Below are positions 1-9,975 of a stretch of DNA of 64,000 nucleotides, piece after piece (position 1 is the stretch's first letter; every line of letters begins with the position of its first letter). Below the pieces are notes generated by a model. It saw nothing but the letters and a program-made list of their open reading frames with translations, was not told the DNA's origin and made no database searches. Where the stretch lies: IMG/VR virus record IMGVR_UViG_3300046616_000175, one strand, 5' to 3'. The stretch is from an uncultured virus (IMG/VR IMGVR_UViG_3300046616_000175). Its lineage: Duplodnaviria; Heunggongvirae; Uroviricota; Caudoviricetes. The translations under genes were made by a program, and so were the position numbers.

Positions 1-118
1 GGACCACACCCCACAAGACTGCTACTACAGGGTCTAGGCGCCCGTGTAAGCCCCTTTCAGCCCCGGTTGGCCTCCCAGGTCCGCCGGGGCTTTCTCATGC
101 CCTCAGACGGCCGCACAG
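1..118 (+). repeat. Direct repeat, copy 1 (may extend left of window)
   Basis: Identical to 41230-41347; contains 3' end of ORF 41051-41266 and a terminator hairpin. Confidence 0.95.
59..97 (+). terminator. Intrinsic terminator-like hairpin
   Basis: AGCCCCGG...CCGGGGCT followed by TTCTC. Confidence 0.6.
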
Positions 119-146
119 GGCTTCCAGCGGCCCAGCCGTGGCCTAG

Positions 147-245
147 CCGTGGTGGGAGTGGTGAAGTAGGGCTCTTTTCCCTATTGCCTTTAGAAAAATC
201 TATAGCAATACAGAAATCGACCCCACTTCACCACTAGCGCCACGG
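147..245. other. Origin-like inverted repeat with AT-rich core (A, copy 1)
   Basis: AGTGGTGAAGT(157-167)/ACTTCACCACT(225-235) arms, inner TATTGC/GCAATA, AT-rich centre. Confidence 0.5.
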
Positions 246-296
246 GGAGTGTTTGGCGCCTAGCGCTGTCGTACCTACCCGAGAGGGGCCACGACA

Positions 297-1175
297 GTGC
301 CCAACGTCAAAACCACCCAGCGAGGCGGATCCCGCTTCTACGTCGACCATGAGACGCGCATAAGCGTCCCCGGCGTTACGTCCGTCCTCAACATGATCCC
401 CAAGCCGTTCCTCCAGCGCTGGGCTGCCAAGCTCGTTGCTGAGACGGCTGTCGATTCGTTCGATTTCCTAGACCGAATGGTCGAGACGGCCGGTAAGGCT
501 GCCGCTGTCGACCACCTGAAGAACGCGCCGTTCCGGTACACCAAGTTGCGCGCCAATGTCGGCAGCGACGCACACGACATGTTCGAGCGGATGATCAGGG
601 GCGAGGGGCGGCTCCGCGACCGCGACGCATTCGGCCAGTTCCTCGTGCGCGTCCACCCCGACATGGAACCGTACCGGCGGAATTTCGCGGAGTTCCTCGA
701 CGCTGTGAATCCGGAGCTTGTGCGCGCGGAGGACATCGCGTGGTCCGACACGCACGCTTACGCCGGATCGTTTGACGCCATCATCCGCGTGTGGCTCGAC
801 GCCGACGGGAAGCCCGACCCGACGCGCAGCGCAACCAGCGAGCCCGCGCTCCTGATCGTCGACTGGAAGACATCCAAGGCCACCTACCCGGACGTGGCGC
901 TGCAAATGTCGGCGTATTCGAATGCCGACAAGCTCATCGACCCTGACGGGAACGTCGACCCCATGCCCGATTTCGATGGCGCGGCTGTCCTGCACATCAC
1001 GCCGGATGAGTGGTCCTTCAAGCCCGTGCGCATCGATCAGGAGGTGTTCGAGATCTTCCTTGCGCTGCGGAAGGTATTCGACTGGGACCGCACGCTGTCC
1101 AAGGAAGTCCTCGGCAGGCCGCTGTCGGCAAGCCATTACGGCAGGCTTGTGACCGGCACTCAGCGGAGGGCGTAG
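297..1175 (+). CDS. PD-(D/E)XK (Cas4-like) exonuclease
   Basis: PGVTSVL, YAGSFD, DWKTS, LQMSAY motifs; homolog at 41551. Confidence 0.8.
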   Translation: MPNVKTTQRGGSRFYVDHETRISVPGVTSVLNMIPKPFLQRWAAKLVAETAVDSFDFLDRMVETAGKAAAVDHLKNAPFRYTKLRANVGSDAHDMFERMIRGEGRLRDRDAFGQFLVRVHPDMEPYRRNFAEFLDAVNPELVRAEDIAWSDTHAYAGSFDAIIRVWLDADGKPDPTRSATSEPALLIVDWKTSKATYPDVALQMSAYSNADKLIDPDGNVDPMPDFDGAAVLHITPDEWSFKPVRIDQEVFEIFLALRKVFDWDRTLSKEVLGRPLSASHYGRLVTGTQRRA

Positions 1176-1177
1176 CC

Positions 1178-1417
1178 ATGGCGCGAGACATGCACACGGA
1201 TGACGCTCGGGTGTTCCGCGCGGTAGTCACGGTGACCTTCGACAACGGCACCGTATCGACCTACGCCTATGGCCCTTACACGGCCAGCGGACCGGCGCGC
1301 CGCATGCTCACCAAGGAAGTCCGCATGTGGGAACGGCGCTCACTGAGCGAGTTCTACGGGGAATTCACTGTTGCTGGCGCCGTTGAGGCCGCCTTGCTGA
1401 GCTGGGAGACGCTGTGA
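1178..1417 (+). CDS. Hypothetical protein
   Basis: RBS GGAGGG, ATG 1178, overlaps next gene. Confidence 0.7.
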   Translation: MARDMHTDDARVFRAVVTVTFDNGTVSTYAYGPYTASGPARRMLTKEVRMWERRSLSEFYGEFTVAGAVEAALLSWETL

Positions 1418-1965
1418 CCGAGTTCGTTCCGTGGCCCAAGACCAAGCGCCTCTTTCGCGACATCGTGATCACGGAAAAGATCGACGGCACCAACGCTGCC
1501 ATCCATGTGGATGAGTCGGGCATGGCCGTGGCCGCGCAGTCCCGTAACCGGCTCATCACGCCGGAGGCTGACAACTACGGGTTTGCTCGCTGGGTGTACG
1601 AACACGCGGTAGAGCTGGGCGAGTTGTTCGGCCCGGGCGTGCACTTCGGCGAGTGGTGGGGGAGGGGCGTTCAGCGGAATTACGGGCTCACTGAGCGCCG
1701 TTTCTCGCTGTTCAACACTGCGGCACATGTGGACGTCGACGCGACCGTGGGGGGCATCCTCGTGCGTCCGGTGCCGGTGCTGCGGCAATGCGTGCTGAAC
1801 ACCGCAGTGATACACCATGAGCTTTCCAAGCTGCGCCAGCGTGGATCCGTCGCCGCCCCAGGGTTCATGAGCCCGGAGGGTGTGTGCGTGTTCCACACTC
1901 AGTCTCGCAACGTGTACAAAGTGACCCTCGACGCGAACGATGCCGGAAAGTGGGAGACGCCGTGA
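1414..1965 (+). CDS. RNA ligase (Rnl2-like nucleotidyltransferase domain)
   Basis: Motif I TEKIDGTN, QSRNR, FGEWWG, PEGV, terminal K. Confidence 0.8.
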   Translation: MTEFVPWPKTKRLFRDIVITEKIDGTNAAIHVDESGMAVAAQSRNRLITPEADNYGFARWVYEHAVELGELFGPGVHFGEWWGRGVQRNYGLTERRFSLFNTAAHVDVDATVGGILVRPVPVLRQCVLNTAVIHHELSKLRQRGSVAAPGFMSPEGVCVFHTQSRNVYKVTLDANDAGKWETP

Positions 1966-2042
1966 CACACATCCTCAATGACCCTTGGTTCTGGCTCGCG
2001 CTCATTCTGTGGCTGGCGCACCTGACAGACCCCAAGCGCTAG
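1962..2042 (+). CDS. 26-aa hydrophobic peptide
   Basis: GTGA overlap; MTHILNDPWFWLALILWLAHLTDPKR. Confidence 0.45.
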   Translation: MTHILNDPWFWLALILWLAHLTDPKR

Positions 2043-2162
2043 TCCGCTCAACTTGCCCCGGAGATTGGTCACTTGGCCAGCCTCCGGGGCTTTCTGCTGC
2101 GCGGGGAGTGCTTGACCCCCAGGGTTCATGCAGACAGGAAAACAGCGGAGATTGGGGAGCCC

Positions 2163-2525
2163 ATGGCTATCAAAGTGACGGCGGATCAGGTCATGCAGAC
2201 GCTTCGCGAGGTAGTGGCCGAACGCCCGGACTACGTGTACGAGGTGCCGGAAGGCTACGCAGCCGAGACCAACGTGTCTTGCTACTACGTACACGGCGAC
2301 GTGCCTGGCTGTGTCGTCGGGCATGTCCTCAACCGCCTTGGTGTGCCGCTGTCAGATCTGGCGCTGGTTGAGGGGCGCGGCGCATACAAGGTTGCCGATT
2401 GGTTCCTCAACATCACCGACCCTGACGGCGTCGTGGACGTCGAACACGTGCTGTCTGTGGCGCAGTCCCGGCAGGACCGGGGTGACTCATGGGGCGAGGC
2501 GCTGGAAGTGGCGTTGGGCGACTGA
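2163..2525 (+). CDS. Hypothetical protein
   Basis: RBS GGGGAG, follows promoter motif at 2103. Confidence 0.75.
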   Translation: MAIKVTADQVMQTLREVVAERPDYVYEVPEGYAAETNVSCYYVHGDVPGCVVGHVLNRLGVPLSDLALVEGRGAYKVADWFLNITDPDGVVDVEHVLSVAQSRQDRGDSWGEALEVALGD

Positions 2526-2532
2526 CGCACTC

Positions 2533-2552
2533 AGGAAGTGCTTGACCCCCAG
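2533..2552 (+). promoter_or_regulatory. Phage A promoter motif RGGRAGTGYTTGACCCCYAG (representative copy)
   Basis: Copies at 244, 2103, 2533, 5465, 8063, 10578, 18334, 38265, 39065, all intergenic and upstream of genes. Confidence 0.7.
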
Positions 2553-2565
2553 CTATAGCGACAGT

Positions 2566-2579
2566 GAGTAAATTTACCC
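2566..2579. promoter_or_regulatory. Phage A operator palindrome GGGTAAATTTACCC (representative copy)
   Basis: Copies at 2566, 3315, 8034, 10233, 12262, 12477, 13285, 13872, 14570, 19177, 20522, 24388, 25903, 29835, 33265, 38957, 39086; none after 41347. Confidence 0.85.
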
Positions 2580-2606
2580 ACTGAATCAGCGAAAAGGATT
2601 CAAGGC

Positions 2607-3320
2607 ATGGCCGTACGCATCTTCGAAACCGACCCCGATTCCAAGCCCAAGGCTCGACCGGCGTTCACCAAGGCTGACATCGACTTCACGTTCCGGTCTG
2701 GCATGCAGGTGCTCAACCCGAACACAAAGAAGCTGGAGCCGACCACCATCGCTGAGTGGCGCGTAACCACCGGCACTCCGGAAGTGGCCGACGCTATCGC
2801 CCAGCTTTACGGCGGAGCCCCTGAAGAGTGGGACACCCCGAAGGATGATTGCCTTCAGGTGCTCACGACTACGCCGAGCATTCAGGTCGTCATCGACGGC
2901 GCCAGCGCGATTCAGGACCGGCTCATCCTGTGGGGTCGGCAGGGTCCCGTCCATGAGTGTGACGGGATGTATTTCCTGTCGCCCGAGGAGGATGCTGGCC
3001 AGCCGTGCGGGTGCCCCTCGCTGCTCGCCGACCGTAAGGCGCAAGCGCGTAGCGGCCGTGGCCCGGCTCCGCACGTGAAGGTCTCATTCCGTCTCGCCGA
3101 GGACTACGACCTGGGTGTCGGCCAGTTTACCTCCACGTCGTGGGATCTACTGGTTGCGCTGCACGAGGTGCGAAACGCACTGGACACTGTCGGCGGCGAG
3201 GCTCTGTGTGAGCTGTCGCTCGAACTGGTGGAGTACACGACCAAGGCCGGTCGGTTCGTTTCCTACCGCAAGCCCGTGATCACGGTCGTTAAGTCGTGGT
3301 CCGCCGCTGTCGCTGAGTAA
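2607..3320 (+). CDS. phiC31 gp3-like protein (recombination directionality factor family)
   Basis: HECDG, PCGCP, LELVEYT, KPVITV motifs recalled from phiC31 gp3. Confidence 0.8.
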   Translation: MAVRIFETDPDSKPKARPAFTKADIDFTFRSGMQVLNPNTKKLEPTTIAEWRVTTGTPEVADAIAQLYGGAPEEWDTPKDDCLQVLTTTPSIQVVIDGASAIQDRLILWGRQGPVHECDGMYFLSPEEDAGQPCGCPSLLADRKAQARSGRGPAPHVKVSFRLAEDYDLGVGQFTSTSWDLLVALHEVRNALDTVGGEALCELSLELVEYTTKAGRFVSYRKPVITVVKSWSAAVAE

Positions 3321-3349
3321 ATTTACCCACCCCCACGAACGGAGTTCGC

Positions 3350-3571
3350 ATGGCTTTCTATGAGGTTTACCGCGAGGACGCGACCGGCTACGCCAGCGCC
3401 GTTGTCCGAGCCCACGGCACCCGGCAGGCAATCGGGGCTCTCGCCCACCTTGGCTACACGGCGAAGAACGCGACCGCCGAGCGCATCCCGGACGGCCGTG
3501 CGCTGCCGGTCAAGATCCTGGCGACCGTCGAGGAACCGGCGCCGGACAACCTCGCTGAGATTCTCGGTTAG
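3350..3571 (+). CDS. Hypothetical protein
   Basis: RBS GGAG, tight packing. Confidence 0.65.
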   Translation: MAFYEVYREDATGYASAVVRAHGTRQAIGALAHLGYTAKNATAERIPDGRALPVKILATVEEPAPDNLAEILG

Positions 3572-3577
3572 GCGCAC

Positions 3578-3772
3578 ATGATCGAGCGTGCGGGTTTGGC
3601 TGCGTTCTGTTCGGACCGCGCGCTTCTGTGGAAAGTGGCCCTACGGACGGCACCGGACAGAGATATCCGGTGCCCCCTGTGGGAGTTTCCGCCGGAAGCG
3701 GTAGCGGCGGTAAAGCACGAACGGCGACGGCGTTTCAAGTGGGACACCGACAGCGAGGGAGAGGGGCGCTAG
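3578..3772 (+). CDS. Hypothetical protein
   Basis: Fills operon gap. Confidence 0.55.
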   Translation: MIERAGLAAFCSDRALLWKVALRTAPDRDIRCPLWEFPPEAVAAVKHERRRRFKWDTDSEGEGR

Positions 3773-3776
3773 CGCC

Positions 3777-4091
3777 ATGGCAGTAGCAGAAAAGCGGGTA
3801 GAGCGTCGGGTCATCGAGGATGTGACGGTTGTCCTCAAGCTCAGCGAGGATGAGGCGCGCACGTTGATGGCTGTACTGTCGCGGGTGGGCGGCATGCGGT
3901 CTAGCTCGCCTCGCGGGCACGCGTCCAACATGCTGGATGCGCTCCGGCAGGCTGGCTACAGGCACCCCGAGCACACGGCACAACTTGAGTGGCGAGGAGC
4001 CACGTACGTGCGAGGCGATGGCGACCCTGCCGACCCCGGGAACCTCATCGAGGGAAAGCTGAACTTTCGCGACTACCCGGAAGGGGCGTAG
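3777..4091 (+). CDS. Hypothetical protein
   Basis: RBS GAGGGG, tight packing. Confidence 0.65.
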   Translation: MAVAEKRVERRVIEDVTVVLKLSEDEARTLMAVLSRVGGMRSSSPRGHASNMLDALRQAGYRHPEHTAQLEWRGATYVRGDGDPADPGNLIEGKLNFRDYPEGA

Positions 4092-4094
4092 CGC

Positions 4095-4367
4095 ATGGGC
4101 AAGCGAGGGACGATCACTGACTACGGCGGCGACGAGATATATGCGGGGGACCTTGTGGCGTACGCCACCCGTCGAGGCAATGGGGTTCGCCTGTCTGACG
4201 CCATCGTGCAGCGAGTGACCACAAAGCGCGCGCTCGGGCGAGTCATCCCCTACCTGCTGGTGAGGCCAACGGGCAATGAGTCGGGCTTTGTCCGGCGCAA
4301 GACTCAGCGCGCGGTGTGGGTTGCTGCGGAACATGTCCGGCTGGTTCTTCCGGCGGAGGCCCTGTAG
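4095..4367 (+). CDS. Conserved hypothetical protein
   Basis: Close homolog at 43213-43488. Confidence 0.85.
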   Translation: MGKRGTITDYGGDEIYAGDLVAYATRRGNGVRLSDAIVQRVTTKRALGRVIPYLLVRPTGNESGFVRRKTQRAVWVAAEHVRLVLPAEAL

Positions 4368-4442
4368 GGCGTAACTCACTTGGGCCCGGTAGGTGTAGGC
4401 GTTCGCCGCATCTGCCGGGCCCTTGCTCGTTTAGGAGGTTTG

Positions 4443-4619
4443 GTGGCAACCAAGGGTGTGACAGCGAATTGGGCGTCTGCCCTGGGGGACGTTCGGGCGC
4501 TGGGCGAGGGGGACACCGTTCTCTTGTCGGCGGGCGCTCGGAGGCGGCCGGATTGGTCGCGGTATGTGGAAGCGATAGCGGCGGCTGTAAGCCGTGGCGC
4601 GGAGGTGAAGTGGGTATGA
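4443..4619 (+). CDS. Conserved hypothetical protein
   Basis: RBS AGGAGG; homolog at 43564-43740 (ALGDVRALG...RPDWSRYV). Confidence 0.8.
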   Translation: MATKGVTANWASALGDVRALGEGDTVLLSAGARRRPDWSRYVEAIAAAVSRGAEVKWV

Positions 4620-4891
4620 GAGACGCATTCGGCGTCGAACTCGGGCAGGGTGACGTCGTGCTGAGCACATCGACCAGCGGCGGCAGGGCCAAGCTAGGCA
4701 CGGTGCTACTCCGCGAGGGCAAGCAACCGGCCATGCGGGTCGGGATCATCAACGGGGGTGGCTGGCAGGCACGCCCGGAGGCCCCTACGCGCAAGATTGA
4801 CTCGCTGGGCTCTGTGTTCGTGGTACTGCGTAAGGCCAGCGGTGACGTGCCCGCACACATACTCGGCATGTTCGGCGGCGAAGCCTCATGA
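4616..4891 (+). CDS. Hypothetical protein
   Basis: ATGA overlaps at both ends. Confidence 0.7.
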   Translation: MRDAFGVELGQGDVVLSTSTSGGRAKLGTVLLREGKQPAMRVGIINGGGWQARPEAPTRKIDSLGSVFVVLRKASGDVPAHILGMFGGEAS

Positions 4892-5313
4892 AAGTGTGTC
4901 GGCAATGCGGCCGTGCGAAGGCTGCGGAAGCCTTTTTGGCGGGTAAGGCGCAGCGCGTTTCTTCTACTTGCTCGACCTGTCGGCGAAAGGCAGCGGCCAA
5001 GCACCGGCGGAACTACTACGCCAGTCTCCCGCCGGATAAGCGGCACACCCTGACGCATGCTCGACGGGCCGAGAGCTACGGGGTAGAGCACACTCCCTAC
5101 AGCCGGACGGAGATCCTGGCTCGCTGGAAGCGCGCATGTGCCTACTGCAACGGCGTGGCGACGCACCTAGACCACGTGCATCCGCTGTCCAAGGGTGGCG
5201 CCGACGCGGAGCACAACATCGTTCCGGCGTGCGCCCCATGCAACCTTTCCAAGGGTGCAAAAACGCTGGCTGAGTGGTCCGAGACGTTTGGCCCGGAGCC
5301 TCCACCTTTCTGA
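4888..5313 (+). CDS. HNH endonuclease
   Basis: CAYC...DHVHPLSKGG...NIVPACAPCN. Confidence 0.9.
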   Translation: MKVCRQCGRAKAAEAFLAGKAQRVSSTCSTCRRKAAAKHRRNYYASLPPDKRHTLTHARRAESYGVEHTPYSRTEILARWKRACAYCNGVATHLDHVHPLSKGGADAEHNIVPACAPCNLSKGAKTLAEWSETFGPEPPPF

Positions 5314-5324
5314 CGGGAGATCAC

Positions 5325-5462
5325 ATGGCACGGATGCTGCGTAAGAGTCGAACGCTGGGATGGGAGGCATGCGCGTGCGGCTGCGGGGACAAGGCTGCCA
5401 AGCGGGTATGGCGCCGGATCGCGCGACGCAAGGAAGCACGGGCGTGGCGCGCTGAGATGTAG
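5325..5462 (+). CDS. Small basic protein
   Basis: RBS GGGAG; CACGC motif. Confidence 0.5.
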   Translation: MARMLRKSRTLGWEACACGCGDKAAKRVWRRIARRKEARAWRAEM

Positions 5463-5506
5463 TCAGGAAGTGCTTGATCCCTAGGACCGCCGGAAGGGAG
5501 AAAACC

Positions 5507-7927
5507 TTGAAATTCCAAGAGATCCTCGACCGGTTCCAAGGGGTCAGCGAAACAACTGACGGCTACCTTGCGGTCTGCCCGGCACACAACGACTCACGCC
5601 CCTCGCTGCGCATCTGGTATGGCGAGGATGGCCGAGTGCGGCTCAAGTGCCGGGCGGGCTGCGAGACCAAGCACGTAGTCCGTGACGCTGGACTCACGTG
5701 GCCCGATCTGTTCGAGGTGGAGGGGGAAGGCATCACAGTTCCGAAGGAACCTCCGGCGCAAGTGAACACAGGGCATGTGGCAGCGCTGGCGTATTTCGTC
5801 GACACACAGCAAGCTGCACTGTTCGATCACACCAACGATGGCGCCCGGTTCGCCCGAGGGTACGCCGTTGGCCGATTCGGTCTCAGCGAAGATCTCATGG
5901 CAGATCTAGAGCTTGGCTACGCGCCCGCTGGCGTCCAATTCCGGTATGCCTCCCGTGCGTTCACCTCGTATCCGCGCCTGATCGTTCCGCTCAAGGACTT
6001 TGCCGGACGGCCGCGAGGCTTGCAAGGGCGAGACCTCAGCGGGAAGTGCCCCGGACGCTGGGTGTCGCTGGCCAACCCTGAAGGGCATCGCTGGGCCGCG
6101 TACGGCGTGTTCAGGGGGCAGGGTGGCTACGGGGTCACCATCGTGTCCGAGGGGCCCGGGGACGGGCTTACAGCGGCTGCGGTGGGTTATGACGCCGTGT
6201 CCATTCGTGGCGCTGCGCTGGCTGGCAACCCTGACTTGCTCCGTGAGCTTGCCGAGGGCCTCAAGGGCTCACAGGTGATCGCGGCTGGCGATGATGATGA
6301 CGCTGGCCGACAGTTCAACCGGCGACTTGCCGAGGGCCTCAAGCCGTACGGGATTACGGTCTACGCGCTGCCGCTTGGTGGGCCGGATATCACAGCGTGG
6401 CGGGAGACGGCGGCAGGCACGTTTGCCCCGGCGCTGCACGCTGCCGTCAAGGCTGCACAGCCCGTTGCCAGCGTTCATGAGGCCGTGGCCGAGCATGCTA
6501 CGCAGAGTCTCGCTGAGCGCACCGGCGCCGACTTTGTCAGCCGTGACCAAGGCGTCGAGGCTGCGCAGATGCTGGGTGAACTCACCAAGCAATACGGCGA
6601 GTCTCACGCCATCTCCGCGTATGCGCTGGTTGCTTGGACGGACGGCCGGATCAAGCACGCTCCGGAGCTTGGGTTTCTCGTGTGGAACGGCAACGTGTGG
6701 GAGCGGTCCGCGACCAAGGTCCGGCAGGAAATTCACCGCATGGGTGCCGCGCTCGCGCTCGCTGGCGAAACGGTGGCCGCTAAGCAATTCCTGAACACGG
6801 GCAGCATCGACAGCATTCTCACGGAGCTTAAGAGCGTCCCGAGTGTTCACGCGCCCGCCCACCATTTCGACGCGGCTACACACCTGCTGCCGTTCCGGAA
6901 TGGCACCGTGGATCTCCGCACCGGGATTCTCCGCGCGCATAACCCAAGCGACATGATGACGTACGCGCTCGATATCGACTACGTGCCGTCGGCGACCGCC
7001 CCTCGCTGGGAAAGGTTCCTGGGGGAGATCTTCCCCGACAATCCGGAGTTGCCCGCGTACATGCAGCGGATGACCGGCTACGGCATTACCGGCGACGTGA
7101 GCGAGCAGGCCTTCGCCGTGCTGTGGGGCAAGGGCGCGAACGGCAAATCGGTTTTCACCGACACCCTGACGTCAGTCTTCCGCAACGTGACGCGCACCAC
7201 TGGGTTCGCCACGTTCGAGGAAAAGCAGAACGGCGGGATCCCCAACGACATTGCGGCACTGCGAGGCTCGCGCCTTGTGATGGCCAGCGAGGGGGAAGCG
7301 GGCAAACCCATGAGCGAGGCAACCCTCAAGCGAGCAACCGGCAAAGAGATGATGCAAGCGCGGTTCCTCCGCAAAGAGTTCTTTGAGTTCAAGCCGCAAT
7401 TCCTGATCATGCTGGCGACCAACCACAAGCCCCGGTTCAAGGGACAGGATGAGGGGCTCTGGCGTCGAGTCAAGCTCATCCCGTTCAGTCGCTGGTTCGC
7501 TCCGGCGGAACGCGATTACGAGCTCGACCGGAAACTACTCGCGGAGGCCGAAGGCATTGCCGCGTGGGCGGTCCGGGGCGCCGTCGAGTGGTACGCGCGC
7601 GGGCTCGGGGAACCTGCCAGCATCACAGCGGCGACTCAGGAATACCGCGAGACCTCTGACGCGCTGGCCGGTTTCTTCCCCGGTGTGCTGTTGGCCGACG
7701 CTCGCGCAAGCCTGCCGGGCGGCGATGCGTTCACGGCGTACCTCGATTGGTGCGAGGCGGAGAACCTGCCTGCCAAGGAACGCTGGACGCGACGCGGTTT
7801 CTACAGCGCGATGGAAGAACGTGGCATCGCAAAGCGGGCCACCAACAAGGGAGTTGGGCTGGTCGGCGTGCGGCTGGCCGATGCGGTTCCCGCCGGTGGT
7901 CCCGGAATCTTCGGAGGTGGCAAGTGA
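5507..7927 (+). CDS. Primase-helicase (Zn finger, TOPRIM, P4/D5 SF3 helicase)
   Basis: CPAHND..PSL, EGPGD, GDDD, Walker A GKGANGKS, TNHKP. Confidence 0.92.
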   Translation: MKFQEILDRFQGVSETTDGYLAVCPAHNDSRPSLRIWYGEDGRVRLKCRAGCETKHVVRDAGLTWPDLFEVEGEGITVPKEPPAQVNTGHVAALAYFVDTQQAALFDHTNDGARFARGYAVGRFGLSEDLMADLELGYAPAGVQFRYASRAFTSYPRLIVPLKDFAGRPRGLQGRDLSGKCPGRWVSLANPEGHRWAAYGVFRGQGGYGVTIVSEGPGDGLTAAAVGYDAVSIRGAALAGNPDLLRELAEGLKGSQVIAAGDDDDAGRQFNRRLAEGLKPYGITVYALPLGGPDITAWRETAAGTFAPALHAAVKAAQPVASVHEAVAEHATQSLAERTGADFVSRDQGVEAAQMLGELTKQYGESHAISAYALVAWTDGRIKHAPELGFLVWNGNVWERSATKVRQEIHRMGAALALAGETVAAKQFLNTGSIDSILTELKSVPSVHAPAHHFDAATHLLPFRNGTVDLRTGILRAHNPSDMMTYALDIDYVPSATAPRWERFLGEIFPDNPELPAYMQRMTGYGITGDVSEQAFAVLWGKGANGKSVFTDTLTSVFRNVTRTTGFATFEEKQNGGIPNDIAALRGSRLVMASEGEAGKPMSEATLKRATGKEMMQARFLRKEFFEFKPQFLIMLATNHKPRFKGQDEGLWRRVKLIPFSRWFAPAERDYELDRKLLAEAEGIAAWAVRGAVEWYARGLGEPASITAATQEYRETSDALAGFFPGVLLADARASLPGGDAFTAYLDWCEAENLPAKERWTRRGFYSAMEERGIAKRATNKGVGLVGVRLADAVPAGGPGIFGGGK

Positions 7928-8025
7928 ACCGTTGGTGGCGAGAGATGGTTGCGGCGTGGCTGCTGGTGTTCGGCGTGCTCTGCCCGCTGGCGCTGGTCGT
8001 AGAAAAGTGGCTCGGTCTCTGGTAG
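7924..8025 (+). CDS. Small membrane peptide
   Basis: GTGA overlap, single hydrophobic stretch. Confidence 0.45.
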   Translation: MNRWWREMVAAWLLVFGVLCPLALVVEKWLGLW

Positions 8026-8101
8026 TCGACGGCGGGTAGTTTTACCCACTGCGTTCGGGGTGGGGGAGTGTCTGACACCTCCCACCCCCGGAGGTACAAA
8101 C

Positions 8102-9958
8102 ATGCGTGAACTTCACGGATCACTCGCTGGCGTCCCCTGGGTCGGCTGGCTGGCCGAACGTCCCGAAGATCTCACCCCGTTCATGAAATGGGTACGCGCC
8201 CAGCGTGACACCGTGTGTTTTGACACGGAAACCCAGGGGCTCAAGATCTATTCCATGGGCTCGGGCTTTCTGCGGCTGGCCCAATTCGGCACTGCCACGG
8301 AAGCGTGGGTTATCCCCGTCGAGCTGGGCCCGGCATTTCGTGCGGCGGCAGCGCTGGCACTCCGCATCCTGCCGTCGCTGACTGGGCACAACGTCATTGG
8401 GTTCGATGGGCTGGTCGTCGATGAGCACCTCGGCGTAAAGCTGGAAGAGTTCTGCCCCAAAACGCAAGACACCATGATTACGGCCAAGCTCATTGACCCG
8501 CGCTCCCCGGAGGCTGGCGGCATGGGCGCAAAGCTGAAGCCTCATGCAGCGCACTACATCGACCCAGCAGCGCCGGACACTGAAGAGGGGCTCACGGCTG
8601 TATTCCGGTCGCTGGGCTACACCAAGAAATCCGGGCTGGGATGGATTCACGTCCCGTGGGACCACCCGACGTACGTGGAATACGCCATGCTCGACGTGAT
8701 CCTTGGCTCGCGCCTACTTGTCGCCCACATGGCAGAGATTGAGCGTCTCGGCGTGCGGCGTGCGCTGATCGATTACGAGCGCGAGATCTCCCGACTGTGC
8801 GCCACCATGACCCGCGCGGGAATGTACGTCGATGAGGAATACACCCAGGGCCTTTACAGCACGCTCGACGCCGAAGCCACCAAGTATTTGGCCGTGGCCG
8901 AACGCTATGGCGTAACCAGCGTGAACAGCCCGACCCAGGTAGTCAACGCGCTGCAAGCCATGGGGGAGACGCTCACCAAGAAAACCAAGTCCGGGAAGAG
9001 TCTCGCGGCGGATGGCGGCGTCCTCCGGAGGCTTGCCGACGTCACGGACAAGTGGGAGCCCATCGGATCTCGCACACCTAACCCACTGGCGAATGCCGTG
9101 CTCCGGGCGACGCGCGCCGGTAAGTGGAAAACGTCGTACGTCGACACGTTCCTGAACGAGCGGGATGCCAACGGCTACATCCACCCGAATATCCAGACCC
9201 TGGAAGCACGCACGGGCCGTATGAGCATCACCAAACCGGCCGTGCAGACCCTGCCCGCTGGCGATTGGATGATCCGGCGCTGCCTGCTGGCCGAGCCCGG
9301 TCATGTGTGGGTGTCGGTCGACTTTCAGGCAGTGGAAATGCGTGTGCTCGCAGCGCTGGCCAAGGTCAAGCGGATGACCGATGCGATCGTTGCGGGGGAG
9401 GACCTGCACGGCTACACGGCGAGTCTCGTGTACGGGCCGGATTACACCCCGTACCACCGGAAGGTGGCCAAGGCAATCGGCCTAGGCAAGGTCTACGGGG
9501 GCGGCGCCGACCACGTGGCCGGACAGACCGGTGCACCCGTCGCGGACGTCCGGCGAGCCATGGCCACGTATGACGCCGTGTACCCGGAGATCAGCCTCGC
9601 GTCCCGTCGCTGGCAGCGTGAGGCACGGCAGTACGGCGGAGTGACTGTGTCGGCAACCGGTCGACGCCTGCCGCTCGATGCCCAGCGCATGTACGCCGTG
9701 GTGAATTACCAGTGCCAGAGCGCAGCGCGCGATGTGCTGGGCCAGTCGATGCTGAACATGGAAAGCGCCGGTCTGCTGCCCTACCTTCGCTTGCCGATTC
9801 ACGATGAGGTGCTCGCGAGTGTGCCAGCGGCGGAGGCCACGGAGATTGCCCGAGAGATCGAGCGCTGTATGACGTTCGACCTACGAGGCGTCCCCATTGC
9901 GGCGGAGGCTGAAATTGGGGGCCGATCGTGGGGGAGCCTGTACGGCGCGGCAGCGTGA
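8102..9958 (+). CDS. Family A DNA polymerase with 3'-5' exonuclease
   Basis: DTET, RTGRMS, DFQAVEMR, KVYG, IHDE. Confidence 0.95.
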   Translation: MRELHGSLAGVPWVGWLAERPEDLTPFMKWVRAQRDTVCFDTETQGLKIYSMGSGFLRLAQFGTATEAWVIPVELGPAFRAAAALALRILPSLTGHNVIGFDGLVVDEHLGVKLEEFCPKTQDTMITAKLIDPRSPEAGGMGAKLKPHAAHYIDPAAPDTEEGLTAVFRSLGYTKKSGLGWIHVPWDHPTYVEYAMLDVILGSRLLVAHMAEIERLGVRRALIDYEREISRLCATMTRAGMYVDEEYTQGLYSTLDAEATKYLAVAERYGVTSVNSPTQVVNALQAMGETLTKKTKSGKSLAADGGVLRRLADVTDKWEPIGSRTPNPLANAVLRATRAGKWKTSYVDTFLNERDANGYIHPNIQTLEARTGRMSITKPAVQTLPAGDWMIRRCLLAEPGHVWVSVDFQAVEMRVLAALAKVKRMTDAIVAGEDLHGYTASLVYGPDYTPYHRKVAKAIGLGKVYGGGADHVAGQTGAPVADVRRAMATYDAVYPEISLASRRWQREARQYGGVTVSATGRRLPLDAQRMYAVVNYQCQSAARDVLGQSMLNMESAGLLPYLRLPIHDEVLASVPAAEATEIAREIERCMTFDLRGVPIAAEAEIGGRSWGSLYGAAA

Positions 9959-9975
9959 CGGCGAGGGGGAGTGGC

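Noticed and set aside
297..1175. Cas4-like nuclease as part of a CRISPR system
   Set aside because: Standalone early-region exonuclease in both phages, no array or other cas genes
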